This document shows positions 21,719 to 31,742 of a stretch of DNA of 64,000 nt, piece after piece; the first letter of the stretch is position 1, and the number at the start of each line of letters is the position of its first letter. This stretch comes from Polyangiales bacterium (GTDB lineage: Bacteria; Myxococcota_A; Polyangia; Polyangiales; Houyiibacteriaceae). The notes under the pieces were generated by a model. The model was not told the DNA's origin and searched no databases. It saw only the letters and a list, made by a program, of their open reading frames with translations. Both the position numbers and the translations under genes were made by a program. Where the stretch lies: assembly GCA_046351215.1 (NCBI GenBank), contig JAXLYX010000019.1, positions 1-64,000 of the forward strand, in the 5' to 3' direction.

Positions 21719-24436
21719 TCAGCCGGTGTTGCGGAGGCCTGCCGCGATGCCGTTGATCGTCAGCAGGATCGCCCGGTCGAGGCTCTCGGGCACGGCCTCG
21801 CCCTTCGACGCGAGCTCCCGCTTGCGTCGCAAGAGCTCGACCTGCACGAAGCTCATCGGATCCACGTAGGGGTTCCGGAGCTCGATGGAGCGGGCCAGCA
21901 CGGGCTGCTTGGAGAGGAGCGAGTCGGTGTCCTCGATGCGCTCGATCGCTCGCACGGCGCGCGTGTGATCGAGGGCGATCCGGCCGAACATGCGAGCGCC
22001 GAGCTCGCGGTCCGGCACGAGCGAGGCGTAGTGCTGGGCGATGCGCATGTCGGCCACGGCGAGGGCCACCGCCATCGCGTCGACCGTCGTCGCGAAGAAG
22101 GGCCAGCGTGCCTTCATCCGACGGGCGAAGTCGACGCCTCGGGTGGAGAGCAGGTGCTCGAGGGCCTCGCCGCCGCCGAACCAGCCGGGTACGTTCTGTC
22201 GGGACTGCGTCCAGGCGAAGACCCACGGGATCGCGCGCAGGTCCTCGAGGGAGGCCGCGCCCGTCCGTCGCGCGGGACGGGAGCCGATCGGGAGCGCGCC
22301 GATCTCCGAGAGCGGCGTGGAGGCCGTGTAGTACTCGAGGAAGTCGGGATCGCGCACGAGCCCTCGGTACGCTGCGAGCGCGACCTTCGACAGCTCGGCG
22401 AACGCCGACTCGTACTCGGCGAGCTCGCTCTCGTCGGGATAGTCGGTCACGAGGGAGGCGACGATCACGCCGCCCGCCGTCTGCTCGAGGTTCCGCTCGG
22501 CGACCTCCGGCAGGAGGTACTTCCAGCCGATGACCTCGCCCTGCTCGGTGATCTTGAAGCGGCCGGCGATCGACCCGGGTGGAAGACCCTCGATCGCGCG
22601 GCGCGAAGGCCCTCCGCCGCGGCCGATCGACCCTCCGCGGCCGTGGAAGACGCGGATCGCGATGCCGTGGCGATCGCCCACGTCGACGAGCCGCTTCTGG
22701 GCCTCGTAGAGGGCGAACGAAGACGAGAGGATGCCCGCGTCCTTGTTCGAGTCGGAGTAGCCGATCATCACCTCCTGCACGTTCCCGCGCAGCCCGAGGT
22801 AGGTCCGGTACACCGGATCCGCGAACGCGGTGTCGAGCTCGCGGGGGCAGCGTTCGAGGTCGTCGAGGGTCTCGAAGAGAGGGACGACGGAGACGTCCGC
22901 GATGCCTTCCTCGGGCCGGTACACGCCGGCGATCCGCGCGAGCACGAGCGTCGCGAGAAGGTCCTCGTGGCCGTGGGCCATGCTGAGGATGAAGGACTCG
23001 GCGCTCTCCCGCGTGACCCGGGCGCGCATCGCGGAGACCGCTTCGAGCGCGCGCATGCCCGGGCAGTCGGGGCGGGCGGGGACGCGCCTCTCGACCAGCG
23101 CGGCATGGAGCGTCCCGGCGTCCGCGGTGCGCCCTTCCGGGAGCCAGAGGGCCCTCGCCACGGCCTCGCGCACCCAATGCGAGCCCACCCGGATGTCGAG
23201 GCGCGCGAAATGGAAGCCGAAGACCTCGACCTGGCGCCTCAGCGAGCGCACCTGCCGGAGGCCCGCGTTCGTGCCGCGGTTCGCGGCGAGCGAGCGCTCG
23301 ATCACGCGCAGGTCCGCCACGAGCTCGGCCGGCGACGCGTAGCCGTGGGAGGCCTCGACCTTCTCGCCCGCGCGACCGCGGACGAAGCCGTCCCTCGTCG
23401 CCCGGAGGCGGGCTTCCATCCAGCGCAGCTTCCGGCGGTAGGGCTCCCGATCCGTGCGCGGATCCTGGTAGGCCGCGAGCTCCGGGAGCGCGTCGTGATC
23501 GGCGGCGATCGAGGCCCTCAGCTCGTCGCTCACGTCGACGCGGACGAGGCTCTGGGAGAGGACCTCGCCGAGCTCCTCGAGCCGCGCGAGGTGCTGACCC
23601 GTGGCGCGGGCCGCGAACGCGTAGGCGGTGTCGAGCGCGACCTCGGGAGTGACGTTCGGATTCCCGTCCATGTCGGCTCCGACCCACGAGCCGAAGCGGA
23701 GGAACGACGGGATCTCGAGGGTGCCCCCGAACGCGCCGGAGAGGCTCTCCTCGACCGACTCGTAGAAGCGGGGCACGAGCGGGTAGAGGATCTCCTCGAG
23801 GTAGAAGAGGACGTTCTTCACCTCGTCGCCGACGCGGGGCTTCGCATGCCTGATCTCGTCCGTCTGCCAGAGGATCGCGATCTCCTCCCGGAGCCTCCGC
23901 TCGACGTCGCGGCGCTCGGCCGGCGTCAGCGCGACGAGCTCGAGCCGCTCGAGCAGGTCGGTGATGCGCCGATGCTTCTCGAGGACCGTGCTCCGCTGCG
24001 CCTCGGTGGGATGGGCCGTGAAGACGAGCTCGATCGAGAGGTCCCGGAGGGTCTCCTCGAGCGTCTCCCGCGAGACGCGGCCCGAGAGCCGGCGGAAGTG
24101 ATCGGCGAGGTCCCCGGCCTGGGTCGTCCCCGCGTGGCCGTGGGCGCGGCGGCGCCGCACGCGGTGGTACTGCTCGGCCAGGTTCACGAGCTGGAAGTAG
24201 TGGGCGAACGCCCGTGCCACGCGCTCGGCGGTCGCGACGTCGAGCTCCGCGACCGCCGCTCGGAGGGCGTCGTCGAGCGCGTCCTCGCGCTCCGTCGTCC
24301 GACGTTCCTTCGCCAGGCCGCGGAGGCGCTCCTCGAGGGCGAGGAGCCCGTCCCCCTCGAGCTCGACCAGGGTGTCGCCCAGGATCGTCCCGAGGAAGGA
24401 GACGTTCCGTCGCAGGGGTTCGAACGCGTCCGTCAT
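21719..24436 (-). CDS. ppc: Phosphoenolpyruvate carboxylase
   Basis: 'VFTAHPTE', 'GYSDSNKDAG', 'FHGRGGSIGRGGGP' signature motifs and terminal 'NTG'. Convergent with the kinase with a 2-bp gap. Confidence 0.9.
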   Translation of the reverse strand: MTDAFEPLRRNVSFLGTILGDTLVELEGDGLLALEERLRGLAKERRTTEREDALDDALRAAVAELDVATAERVARAFAHYFQLVNLAEQYHRVRRRRAHGHAGTTQAGDLADHFRRLSGRVSRETLEETLRDLSIELVFTAHPTEAQRSTVLEKHRRITDLLERLELVALTPAERRDVERRLREEIAILWQTDEIRHAKPRVGDEVKNVLFYLEEILYPLVPRFYESVEESLSGAFGGTLEIPSFLRFGSWVGADMDGNPNVTPEVALDTAYAFAARATGQHLARLEELGEVLSQSLVRVDVSDELRASIAADHDALPELAAYQDPRTDREPYRRKLRWMEARLRATRDGFVRGRAGEKVEASHGYASPAELVADLRVIERSLAANRGTNAGLRQVRSLRRQVEVFGFHFARLDIRVGSHWVREAVARALWLPEGRTADAGTLHAALVERRVPARPDCPGMRALEAVSAMRARVTRESAESFILSMAHGHEDLLATLVLARIAGVYRPEEGIADVSVVPLFETLDDLERCPRELDTAFADPVYRTYLGLRGNVQEVMIGYSDSNKDAGILSSSFALYEAQKRLVDVGDRHGIAIRVFHGRGGSIGRGGGPSRRAIEGLPPGSIAGRFKITEQGEVIGWKYLLPEVAERNLEQTAGGVIVASLVTDYPDESELAEYESAFAELSKVALAAYRGLVRDPDFLEYYTASTPLSEIGALPIGSRPARRTGAASLEDLRAIPWVFAWTQSRQNVPGWFGGGEALEHLLSTRGVDFARRMKARWPFFATTVDAMAVALAVADMRIAQHYASLVPDRELGARMFGRIALDHTRAVRAIERIEDTDSLLSKQPVLARSIELRNPYVDPMSFVQVELLRRKRELASKGEAVPESLDRAILLTINGIAAGLRNTG

Positions 24437-24495
24437 GGAAGACGCGTAGGGCCGCGCCGCGAGGGCCGCAACTCGTCGCGCGGAAGGCGGCCGCC

Positions 24496-24945
24496 TCAGC
24501 CCTCGACGCCGCGCCCGGTCCTCGCGCGATCGGCGAACGGGGTCTCGCGCCCGTCCTCCGGACGCCGATAGCGCATCGATCCGGCGCGGTCGGAGCTCGG
24601 CCCCGTGTCGCTGTCGCCTTGGACGGGGGGACGCGGACCCCTCCTTCCCCGGGCCGGATCGGCGTCGGGGCCCGTGTCCGTGTCGGACACGCTCGAGCCC
24701 CCGTCGGGCGTCGTTCCCGCGTCCGGCGGAGCGCCGCCGGTCGGGGCCGCGCCCGCATCCGGCGTACCCGCTCGCCTCCGCCGCGAGGGGGCGGCCTGCG
24801 CGGGCGAGGCGACGCTCGCGAGACCCACCGCCGCGGCCGCGGCCCCGAGGACGGTGGCGCCGACCAAGGACAGCGCGGTGCGCCTTCCGACGTGCGTGGA
24901 GGATTCGATCTCGTCCGGGTGGAGGGTCTTCGTCGTGCGAGGCAT
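24496..24945 (-). CDS. Hypothetical small secreted protein (signal/TM then Pro/Gly/Asp-rich disordered tail)
   Basis: 'GRRTALSLVGATVLGAAAAAVGLASVASPAQAA' signal-like segment. Located 60 bp upstream of ppc on the same strand. The low-complexity tail makes the call weak. Confidence 0.3.
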   Translation of the reverse strand: MPRTTKTLHPDEIESSTHVGRRTALSLVGATVLGAAAAAVGLASVASPAQAAPSRRRRAGTPDAGAAPTGGAPPDAGTTPDGGSSVSDTDTGPDADPARGRRGPRPPVQGDSDTGPSSDRAGSMRYRRPEDGRETPFADRARTGRGVEG

Positions 24946-24995
24946 CGCGCGACGCTACCAGAGCCGCCTCGGCGCCGACATCCCCGGGGAGGGGC

Positions 24996-26243
24996 TCAGT
25001 GGAGGGGGATCTCGCCGTGGACCTTGCGCTCGTGCTTCAGCATCTGCTGCACGGCCAGCATGGTCCCCGCCACGAACGAGCCGAAGATCGCGATGATCAC
25101 GTAGATCGAGAGCTCCGCGTAGAGCAGGGCCGAGTAGCCGGCCGTCATCGCGATGATGCTCAGGTTCTCGTTGAAGTTCTGGACCGAGATCGACTGTCCG
25201 GCGTTCATCAGAACGTGGCCGCGGTGCTGGAGCAGCGCGTTCATCGGCACGACGAAGAAACCGCCTAGCCCGCCGACGATCACCATCAGCACGAGGGCGA
25301 CCGCCACGCTCTTCACGGGGATCATCAGGATGACGAAGAGGCCCATGAAGATCCCGACCGGGACCACCTTCACGGCGTCTTTCAGCGAGAGGCGGCGGGC
25401 CGCGACGACCGCGCCGAGCGCGACGCCGACCGCGACGACCGCCTGGAGCTTGCTCGCCTTGGCGAGCGGTATGCCCATCGCGATCTCGAGCCAGCGGATC
25501 ACGATGAACTGGAGGGTGGCGCCCGCGCCCCAGAAGAGCGTGGTCACGGTGAGCGAGATGCGGCCGTAGGGATCGCGCCAGAGCGCGAGGAAGCAGTGGC
25601 CGAACTCCTTCAGCATCGTGCCGGGGTGCCGGAGGAAGGGGCGCATCTCGACGCCCGTGAGGGGGACGAAGAGGTTGATGATCGCCGCCACGATGTACAC
25701 GAAGGCGAGCGCGCCGATCGCGAGCTGGGCTCCGCTCGTGATCCCCGTGTCGAAGCCGGGGAGATCGATCGACTGCAGGAAGAGGATCGCGTCCTCGCCG
25801 ATGAGCATGCCGCCCGTCACCACGCCGAGGATGATCGCGGCGACCGTCAGGCCCTCGATCCATCCGTTCGCGACGACGAGCTGCTCCGCCGGGAGCAGCT
25901 CGGTGAGGATGCCGTACTTGGCCGGCGAGTACGCGGCCGCGCCGAAGCCGACCACCGCGTACGCGGCGATCGGCGAGACCCCGAAGTACATCGCGAGGCA
26001 GCCGACGATCTTGATGCCGTTCGAGATGAACATCACACGGCCCTTGGGCTGCGAGTCCGCGAACGCGCCGACGAAGGGCGCGAGCACGACGTACGACACC
26101 GTGAAGAAGAGCTTCAGGTGGGGCGTGAGCCACGGGGCCGCGGCCTGCTCCTCGAGCATCTTCATGGCAGCGACCAGGAGGGCGTTGTCGGCGAGCGCGG
26201 AGAAGAACTGCGCCGCCATGATCGTGTAGAAACCGCGCTTCAT
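24996..26243 (-). CDS. lplT: Lysophospholipid transporter (MFS)
   Basis: Strong similarity to canonical LplT, from 'IMAAQFFSALADNALL' through 'AAYSPAKYGIL' and 'FWGAGATLQF' to 'GGFFVVPMNALLQ'. Start at the M of 'MKRGFYTIM'. Alternative ATGs at 26261 and 26312. Confidence 0.8.
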   Translation of the reverse strand: MKRGFYTIMAAQFFSALADNALLVAAMKMLEEQAAAPWLTPHLKLFFTVSYVVLAPFVGAFADSQPKGRVMFISNGIKIVGCLAMYFGVSPIAAYAVVGFGAAAYSPAKYGILTELLPAEQLVVANGWIEGLTVAAIILGVVTGGMLIGEDAILFLQSIDLPGFDTGITSGAQLAIGALAFVYIVAAIINLFVPLTGVEMRPFLRHPGTMLKEFGHCFLALWRDPYGRISLTVTTLFWGAGATLQFIVIRWLEIAMGIPLAKASKLQAVVAVGVALGAVVAARRLSLKDAVKVVPVGIFMGLFVILMIPVKSVAVALVLMVIVGGLGGFFVVPMNALLQHRGHVLMNAGQSISVQNFNENLSIIAMTAGYSALLYAELSIYVIIAIFGSFVAGTMLAVQQMLKHERKVHGEIPLH

Positions 26244-26316
26244 CGGGGAGGGCGCCCGCATCCTGACCCAGATCGGGGCGGGAGGCGACCTGCGCCGGGA
26301 AAAGGCGGTCACGCCG

Positions 26317-27567
26317 GTGAGCGGCTATACTCGGCGGGCCGTGCGCGCCTCGACGATCCCCCCGATCCTCGCCCTCGTCTCCGCGCTCGCCTTCGTCCCG
26401 CGCCTCGGCGCCGAGGACCTCGTCCCCGCACCCCCCTCCACCCGCTCGGTCGAGCTCGTCGACCGGCACGTGCCCGTCTACGCCGAGCCCCGCGACGGCG
26501 CTCGCAGGCGCGGGACCGTGGCCCTCGGGACGCGCCTGCCCTACCTGCGCCGCGTGTCCGGCTCCGGCTGCGAGACCGGGGTCTGGGTCGAGGTCGGGCC
26601 CTCCCTCTTCGCCTGCGAGGAGCTGGTTCGATACTCCGCCCTCGAGCCCGCCGGCGTGCCCCAGCCGCCGATGGCGGCGGGTGCGCTCCTGCCGTTCCAG
26701 TACGTCTTCGTCCGTGACGACGGCGCGCATGGGTATGCCGAGCCGAGTCACTATTTCGCGGACGATTTCGTCGAGACCTTCGGCGAGGGCTTCGGCCTCG
26801 TGATGCTCGGACAGCGCACGCTCGAGGGCGTCTCCTTCGTGAGACTCCACCGGGGCACGTGGGTCTCCTCCGAGTCGGTGTCGCGCGTGCGCGGGAGCAG
26901 CTTCGAGGGCACGGCCCTCTCGGAGGGAAAGCCGCTCGACTTCGCCTTCGTCCGCACTCCACGCGCGATCGTCGCGAGCGCGCCCGGCGGACGCACCATC
27001 CGTCGGGCCGGGCGCCGCGAGATCGTCACCGTCGCCGCGGTGGAGGGCGCGTGGGCGCTGCTCGCCGACGGGACCGCGATCCGCCTCGAGGATCTGAACC
27101 GCCCCGAGCTCGCCCAGCGACCCGAGGGCGTCGAGGGCCACGAGCGTTGGATCGACGTCAGCGTCTCGGAGCAGGTGCTCGTGGCCTACGAAGGCGATCG
27201 TCCCGTCTTCGTGACGCTCGTCTCCACCGGCGCGCGGAGGCCCCACAGCGAGACCCCGATCGGCACCTTCCGCATCTGGGCCAAGCTGGCCACGTCGGAC
27301 ATGGGGAACACCGAGGATGCGGGCGCCGAGTCCTACTACCTGATCGAGAACGTGCCCTGGGTGCAGTTCTTCGAGGGCGCCAACGGCCTCCACGCCGCCT
27401 TCTGGCACGACGACTTCGGCCATCGCCGCAGCCACGGCTGCGTGAACCTCTCGCCGAAGGACGCGCGCTTCCTCTTCGGCTTCACCGCACCCACGGTTCC
27501 GGACGGGTACGAGGCCTACCTACCCACCGCCGACGAGCGACCGACCGTCGTCCGCGTCCGGGAGTGA
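26317..27567 (+). CDS. L,D-transpeptidase (YkuD domain) with signal peptide
   Basis: Catalytic 'SHGCVNLSPKDARFLF' motif (His/Cys). N-terminal signal sequence. GTG start. Confidence 0.75.
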   Translation: MSGYTRRAVRASTIPPILALVSALAFVPRLGAEDLVPAPPSTRSVELVDRHVPVYAEPRDGARRRGTVALGTRLPYLRRVSGSGCETGVWVEVGPSLFACEELVRYSALEPAGVPQPPMAAGALLPFQYVFVRDDGAHGYAEPSHYFADDFVETFGEGFGLVMLGQRTLEGVSFVRLHRGTWVSSESVSRVRGSSFEGTALSEGKPLDFAFVRTPRAIVASAPGGRTIRRAGRREIVTVAAVEGAWALLADGTAIRLEDLNRPELAQRPEGVEGHERWIDVSVSEQVLVAYEGDRPVFVTLVSTGARRPHSETPIGTFRIWAKLATSDMGNTEDAGAESYYLIENVPWVQFFEGANGLHAAFWHDDFGHRRSHGCVNLSPKDARFLFGFTAPTVPDGYEAYLPTADERPTVVRVRE

Positions 27568-27631
27568 CGCATTCCTGTGGAACCGCCCAGGTCCTGCCTG
27601 TAAATTCGCGAGCCTGGTCACGGAGCGCGCC

Positions 27632-28483
27632 TTGGAACTGCGGTTCGAGAAGTACGAAGGCATCGGCAACGACTTCCTCGTCGTCGACGGGAACGACGAG
27701 GCCGCGCGGGCGCTCTCGCCCGAGGTCGTCCGCGCGCTCTGCGATCGCCATCGCGGCGTGGGAGGCGACGGCGTCCTGATCGTCGGGACGACCCCTCGGC
27801 TCTCGATGCGTGTCATCAACGCCGACGGCTCGATCCCCGAGATGTGCGGCAACGGTCTCCGCTGCGTCGCGCTGCACGTGCGACGCGCCGGCCTCTCGGC
27901 CTCGCCCTCGTTCGTCGTCGACACGGACGCGGGCCCGCACGAATGCCACGTCTCTTCCGCGGACGTGGAGGCCCTCGTCGAGGTCGAGATGCGCGTGCCG
28001 ACGCTCGTGCCCTCCGCCGTGCCCGTGGTCTCGGACGGGCCGCTCGTCGACGGGACCTTCCCGGTCGACGATCGTTCCCTCGCCGTCACCTGCGTGTCGA
28101 TGGGCAATCCGCACGTCGTCACCTTCGACGACGTGGGCGACGCCCGCTTCTCGCTCGGCCCCCGCCTCGAGCGCGATCCGCGCTTCCCCGAGGGCGTGAA
28201 CGTCGGCTTCGCGCGCCCGCGCGGCGACGGAGGCCTCGTCCTCCACGTCTTCGAGCGCGGCGCGGGCTGGACCGAGGCGTGCGGCACCGGCGCGTGCGCG
28301 GCGGCCGTCGCGGCGGTCGAGACCGGTCGCGCGGCGCGCGGCACGCCCATCCCCGTGCGCCTCCCGGGCGGCGAGCTCGTGATCCGCGTGGGCGCCGAGG
28401 GCGAGCGCGTGCGCATGACCGGCCCGGCCCGTCACGTCTTCTCCGGGCGCGTCGACCTCTCGCGCTTCGGCGGAGGCCGATGA
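27632..28483 (+). CDS. dapF: Diaminopimelate epimerase
   Basis: 'GIGNDFLVVDG', 'EMCGNGLRCV' and 'CGTGACAAA' (two catalytic Cys). TTG start at 27632 is the most upstream in-frame start. Confidence 0.85.
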   Translation: MELRFEKYEGIGNDFLVVDGNDEAARALSPEVVRALCDRHRGVGGDGVLIVGTTPRLSMRVINADGSIPEMCGNGLRCVALHVRRAGLSASPSFVVDTDAGPHECHVSSADVEALVEVEMRVPTLVPSAVPVVSDGPLVDGTFPVDDRSLAVTCVSMGNPHVVTFDDVGDARFSLGPRLERDPRFPEGVNVGFARPRGDGGLVLHVFERGAGWTEACGTGACAAAVAAVETGRAARGTPIPVRLPGGELVIRVGAEGERVRMTGPARHVFSGRVDLSRFGGGR

Positions 28484-30339
28484 CCACGCCGAAGCTGCGC
28501 ATCCTCCTCGTCGCCGCGAGCCCCCAGGACGCGCGCTTCGCGCAGCGCGTGCTCGAAGACCACGGCGACGAGGTGCGCATCTCGGACGAGGCGAAGGACG
28601 CGCTCGCGCACCTCGCCCGCCAGCACTTCGACGTCGCGATGATCTCCCTCTCGCTCCCGAGGGGCGACGGGCTCGCGCTCGTGCACCACGTCCGCGCGCT
28701 CCATCCGAACGTCGACGTCATCGTGATGAGCCCGCCCACGGCGATCGAGGAGACCGCGCATGCGATCGCGCTCGGCGTGCTGCAGAGCGTGCTGCTCCCG
28801 CTCTCGGGCGATGCCGTGCTCGTCGCGGCCGATCGCGCCCGCGAGCGACGCATCCTCGTCGCCGAGCGCGCGCGCCTCGCGGCGCAGGAGGCCATGAGCC
28901 GGCGCCGCACGGCGACCTACGCGCGATGCGCCGCCTTCGTCGCCGAGACCGACGTGCGCGAGGTGGCGCAGCTCGTCCTCGACGCCTGCGCGGGCGAGCT
29001 CGATTGCAGCGCGGCCGGCGCGTACGTCGCTTCCCACGGCGGCGACGGCTTCTTCCTCGCCGCGACGCTCGGGAAGGCGGACGACCTTCCTCGGCGGCTC
29101 GAGGATCGCGAGCTCGCCTCCATCGATCCGACGGTTCCCGTCGTCGAGGAGGAAGGGCGCGTGCGGCTCGTCCTGCTCGGAGACTCCGATCTCGTCGGCG
29201 TGATCGAGCTCGTGCCCCGCACCTTCCCGATCGCGGACGAGCCTCGCGAGGGGCTCGAGATCATCGCCGGGCTCGGGACCGCGGCCCTCGTCGCGGCGCG
29301 CAAGGTCGACGCCATCGCGCGCACGGGCATCAAGGACCCGGACACGAGCGCCTACACCTTCGCGTACTTCGGCGAGGTGGCGGGTCGCGAGATCGACCGG
29401 GCCGCCCGCTACAAGCGTCGCTTCGCGCTGCTCACGCTCTCGTTCGACGCGCTCGAGGAGCGTCGGGACCGCCTCTCGCCGAAGGATCTCGTCGCCTTCC
29501 GCCGTGCCCTCACGGACTCCATCCTCGAGGCCGTGAAGGACTCCGACGTCGTCGCGCGCGTCGAGGACGACGAGTACTACGTGCTCCTCCCCGAGACGGG
29601 CCTGCTCGGAGCGCTCTCGACGCGGCGCCGGATCCGCGCGCGCTGCGCGGCGCTCGCCCTCTCCGACGGCCTCGCGCGCGACGCCTACGAGCCGATGGTC
29701 GGCATCGCGACCTACCCGGCCGACGGCCTCGACCTCGGTCGTCTCCTCCGCCTGAGCCGGCGGCGCGCCGAGCGCTCGCGTCGTGGCGTCTTCCGCCGCC
29801 TCGGCTTCGCCGACCGTCCGTTCTGGGAGTGCATCGACCAGTTGCTCGACCACGCCTCGCAGGTCGGCGCCGGCGCCGACATGATGCCCGACTCGATCCG
29901 TCGCGCGCAGGACGAGGTCTCGCTCTCGCGCCATGCGCAGATGAACCCCACGCTCCTGCTCCGCCTCGCGAGCCAGCTGGCCGGCGACGCCGTCCGCTTC
30001 CGAGCGCCGGGCACCATCTACGTCTCGGGCGACTCCCAGGTCGCGCAGGCCGTCGCCCAGGCCGTCGACGTGAAGGACGCCGGCTCGATCCGCGTCTGGG
30101 CCGTCGGGAGCGATCCCAGCGGACCGGTCGGTCGCATCGCGCTCCCGGTCGACGATCGGCGGATCGGCGACCAGGTCCTCTTCCTCTCGCTCACCGAGCT
30201 CGGAGGCTACGTGCTCGCGGCGCGCCCGCTCGCCCAGGGCGGCTTCGTCGCCTTCCACTCCTCCGATCTCGACCTCGTCGACGGGCTCGTCACGCAGTTC
30301 CAGGCCGCCTACCACCTGCAGCCGGAGGTCGGCGAATGA
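28480..30339 (+). CDS. Response regulator: receiver domain plus degenerate GGDEF-like domain
   Basis: Receiver 'LRILLVAASPQDARF...DVAMISLSLPRGDG'. C-terminal GGDEF fold with 'RVEDDEYYVLLPETG' in place of GG[DE]EF. ATG overlaps the dapF stop (ATGA), GGAGG Shine-Dalgarno sequence. Confidence 0.7.
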   Translation: MTTPKLRILLVAASPQDARFAQRVLEDHGDEVRISDEAKDALAHLARQHFDVAMISLSLPRGDGLALVHHVRALHPNVDVIVMSPPTAIEETAHAIALGVLQSVLLPLSGDAVLVAADRARERRILVAERARLAAQEAMSRRRTATYARCAAFVAETDVREVAQLVLDACAGELDCSAAGAYVASHGGDGFFLAATLGKADDLPRRLEDRELASIDPTVPVVEEEGRVRLVLLGDSDLVGVIELVPRTFPIADEPREGLEIIAGLGTAALVAARKVDAIARTGIKDPDTSAYTFAYFGEVAGREIDRAARYKRRFALLTLSFDALEERRDRLSPKDLVAFRRALTDSILEAVKDSDVVARVEDDEYYVLLPETGLLGALSTRRRIRARCAALALSDGLARDAYEPMVGIATYPADGLDLGRLLRLSRRRAERSRRGVFRRLGFADRPFWECIDQLLDHASQVGAGADMMPDSIRRAQDEVSLSRHAQMNPTLLLRLASQLAGDAVRFRAPGTIYVSGDSQVAQAVAQAVDVKDAGSIRVWAVGSDPSGPVGRIALPVDDRRIGDQVLFLSLTELGGYVLAARPLAQGGFVAFHSSDLDLVDGLVTQFQAAYHLQPEVGE

Positions 30340-31742
30340 GCCAGGACGGCGGACGGATCCTCGTGGTCGATTCCGACTACGACACGCTCGATGCCCTGGC
30401 CACGGCGCTGCGCGGGCGCGGACACCACGTGGCCCTCGCCACCGACGGACGGCTCGGTCTGCAGAGCGCCGTCGAGATCGCGGCCGAGGTGATCATCGTC
30501 GACCGCGACGTGCAGGTCTTCGACATCCGCACCTTCCTCGACGTGCTGCGGGACAACCCGAAGACGGCCCACGCCCGCATGTTCGTCATGGGCAAGGGCG
30601 ACGTCGCGCACATCGCGTCGATCGACGGACGCGCCGAGCCGTTGGTCAAGCCCTTCAACGCCAACGAGATCTCCGCGCGCATCGACGAGATCCTCCGCGC
30701 GAAGCGGGCGCCGAAGCGCGAGCCCGAGCTCAAGGGCGACCTCTCGCAGGTCGCGCTCTTCGACCTGCTCCAGGTGTTCGCCGTGAACCACCGCACGGGC
30801 AAGCTCCGCGTCGAGAGCGAGAGCGCGGCCGGCGAGATCTGGCTGCGCGACGGTCGGATCGTCGACGCGACCCAGGGCTACGCCACCGGAGAGAAGGCCT
30901 TCTACCGGATCCTCGCCGTGACACGCGGGCAGTTCGTCTTCCTGCCCGGGCTCGAGCACAGCGAGGCCCGCATCGAGGCGAGCACCGAGTCGCTCCTGAT
31001 GGAGGGCGCGCGGCGCGTGGACGAGGTGGCACGGCTTCGATCGCAGCTGCCCGAGCTCTCGGCGACGATCACCGTCGGCGCCATGACGTCGATCCCGCCC
31101 GGCCTCTCGGCCGACGTCGCGCTCCGCCTCGACGAGCCGCGCGCGATCGAGGAGCTGCTCGACGTGCTGCCCGAGCACGATCTCGAGATCCTCGCGGCGG
31201 TGCGCGATCTCCTCGCCGGCGGGCAGGTCGTCGTCCACGACGTGAACGCGAAGGTCGCGTTCTGCGACCCGGACGAATTGACGGCCCTCTCGGCCGCGAC
31301 GCTCCGCATCCGTCGAGGCGGCGCGGAGGGACCGGCCCGCGTCGGCGTGATCGCACCCCGCGCCCTCGATCTCGGTCGATTCGCGCGGGCGCTCGCCTCG
31401 GTCCGGGAGTACCTGCCGAGCGCCGAGCCTCCCGTCCTCGTCGGCTCCGGCCCGATGGGTGTGATGGGCACGGTCCGGCTAGGGACGACGGAGCTCGAGC
31501 TCTTCGCGCTCCCCTACGAGTCGCCCTACCGCCCCCTGTGGGGCGCGCTCCTCGGATCCTCCACGGTCGTCGTGCACCTCGGCGTCGAGGTCGTCGCGGA
31601 CGACGTGAACGAAGCGCTCCGCGACCTCGACATCCGCATCGTTCGCTCGAAGTCGGGCTACGAGCGCGTGTCGGGGGCCATCGATCTCCTCCGCGACGCG
31701 CTCGGCGCCGCGGCGGGACGGGCCTACGCCGCCCCGAGGTAG
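30336..31742 (+). CDS. Response regulator receiver protein with DUF4388 domain
   Basis: Receiver 'RILVVDSDYD...EVIIVDRDV', followed by 'GDLSQVALFDLLQVFAVNHRTGKLRV', typical of DUF4388. ATGA overlap with the upstream gene. Confidence 0.7.
   Translation: MSQDGGRILVVDSDYDTLDALATALRGRGHHVALATDGRLGLQSAVEIAAEVIIVDRDVQVFDIRTFLDVLRDNPKTAHARMFVMGKGDVAHIASIDGRAEPLVKPFNANEISARIDEILRAKRAPKREPELKGDLSQVALFDLLQVFAVNHRTGKLRVESESAAGEIWLRDGRIVDATQGYATGEKAFYRILAVTRGQFVFLPGLEHSEARIEASTESLLMEGARRVDEVARLRSQLPELSATITVGAMTSIPPGLSADVALRLDEPRAIEELLDVLPEHDLEILAAVRDLLAGGQVVVHDVNAKVAFCDPDELTALSAATLRIRRGGAEGPARVGVIAPRALDLGRFARALASVREYLPSAEPPVLVGSGPMGVMGTVRLGTTELELFALPYESPYRPLWGALLGSSTVVVHLGVEVVADDVNEALRDLDIRIVRSKSGYERVSGAIDLLRDALGAAAGRAYAAPR

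Noticed and set aside
19191-24758. 1855-aa ORF on the minus strand, and the 1608-aa plus-strand ORF 19745..24571
   Set aside because: Both run antisense to, or out of frame with, two well-supported genes (hybrid histidine kinase, ppc). Their translations are Arg/Gly/Pro/Ala low-complexity, typical of open non-coding frames in about 70% GC DNA.
24955-27435. 826-aa minus-strand ORF
   Set aside because: Overlaps lplT (other frame) and is antisense to the L,D-transpeptidase. Arg/Gly/Asp-rich low-complexity translation. GC artefact.
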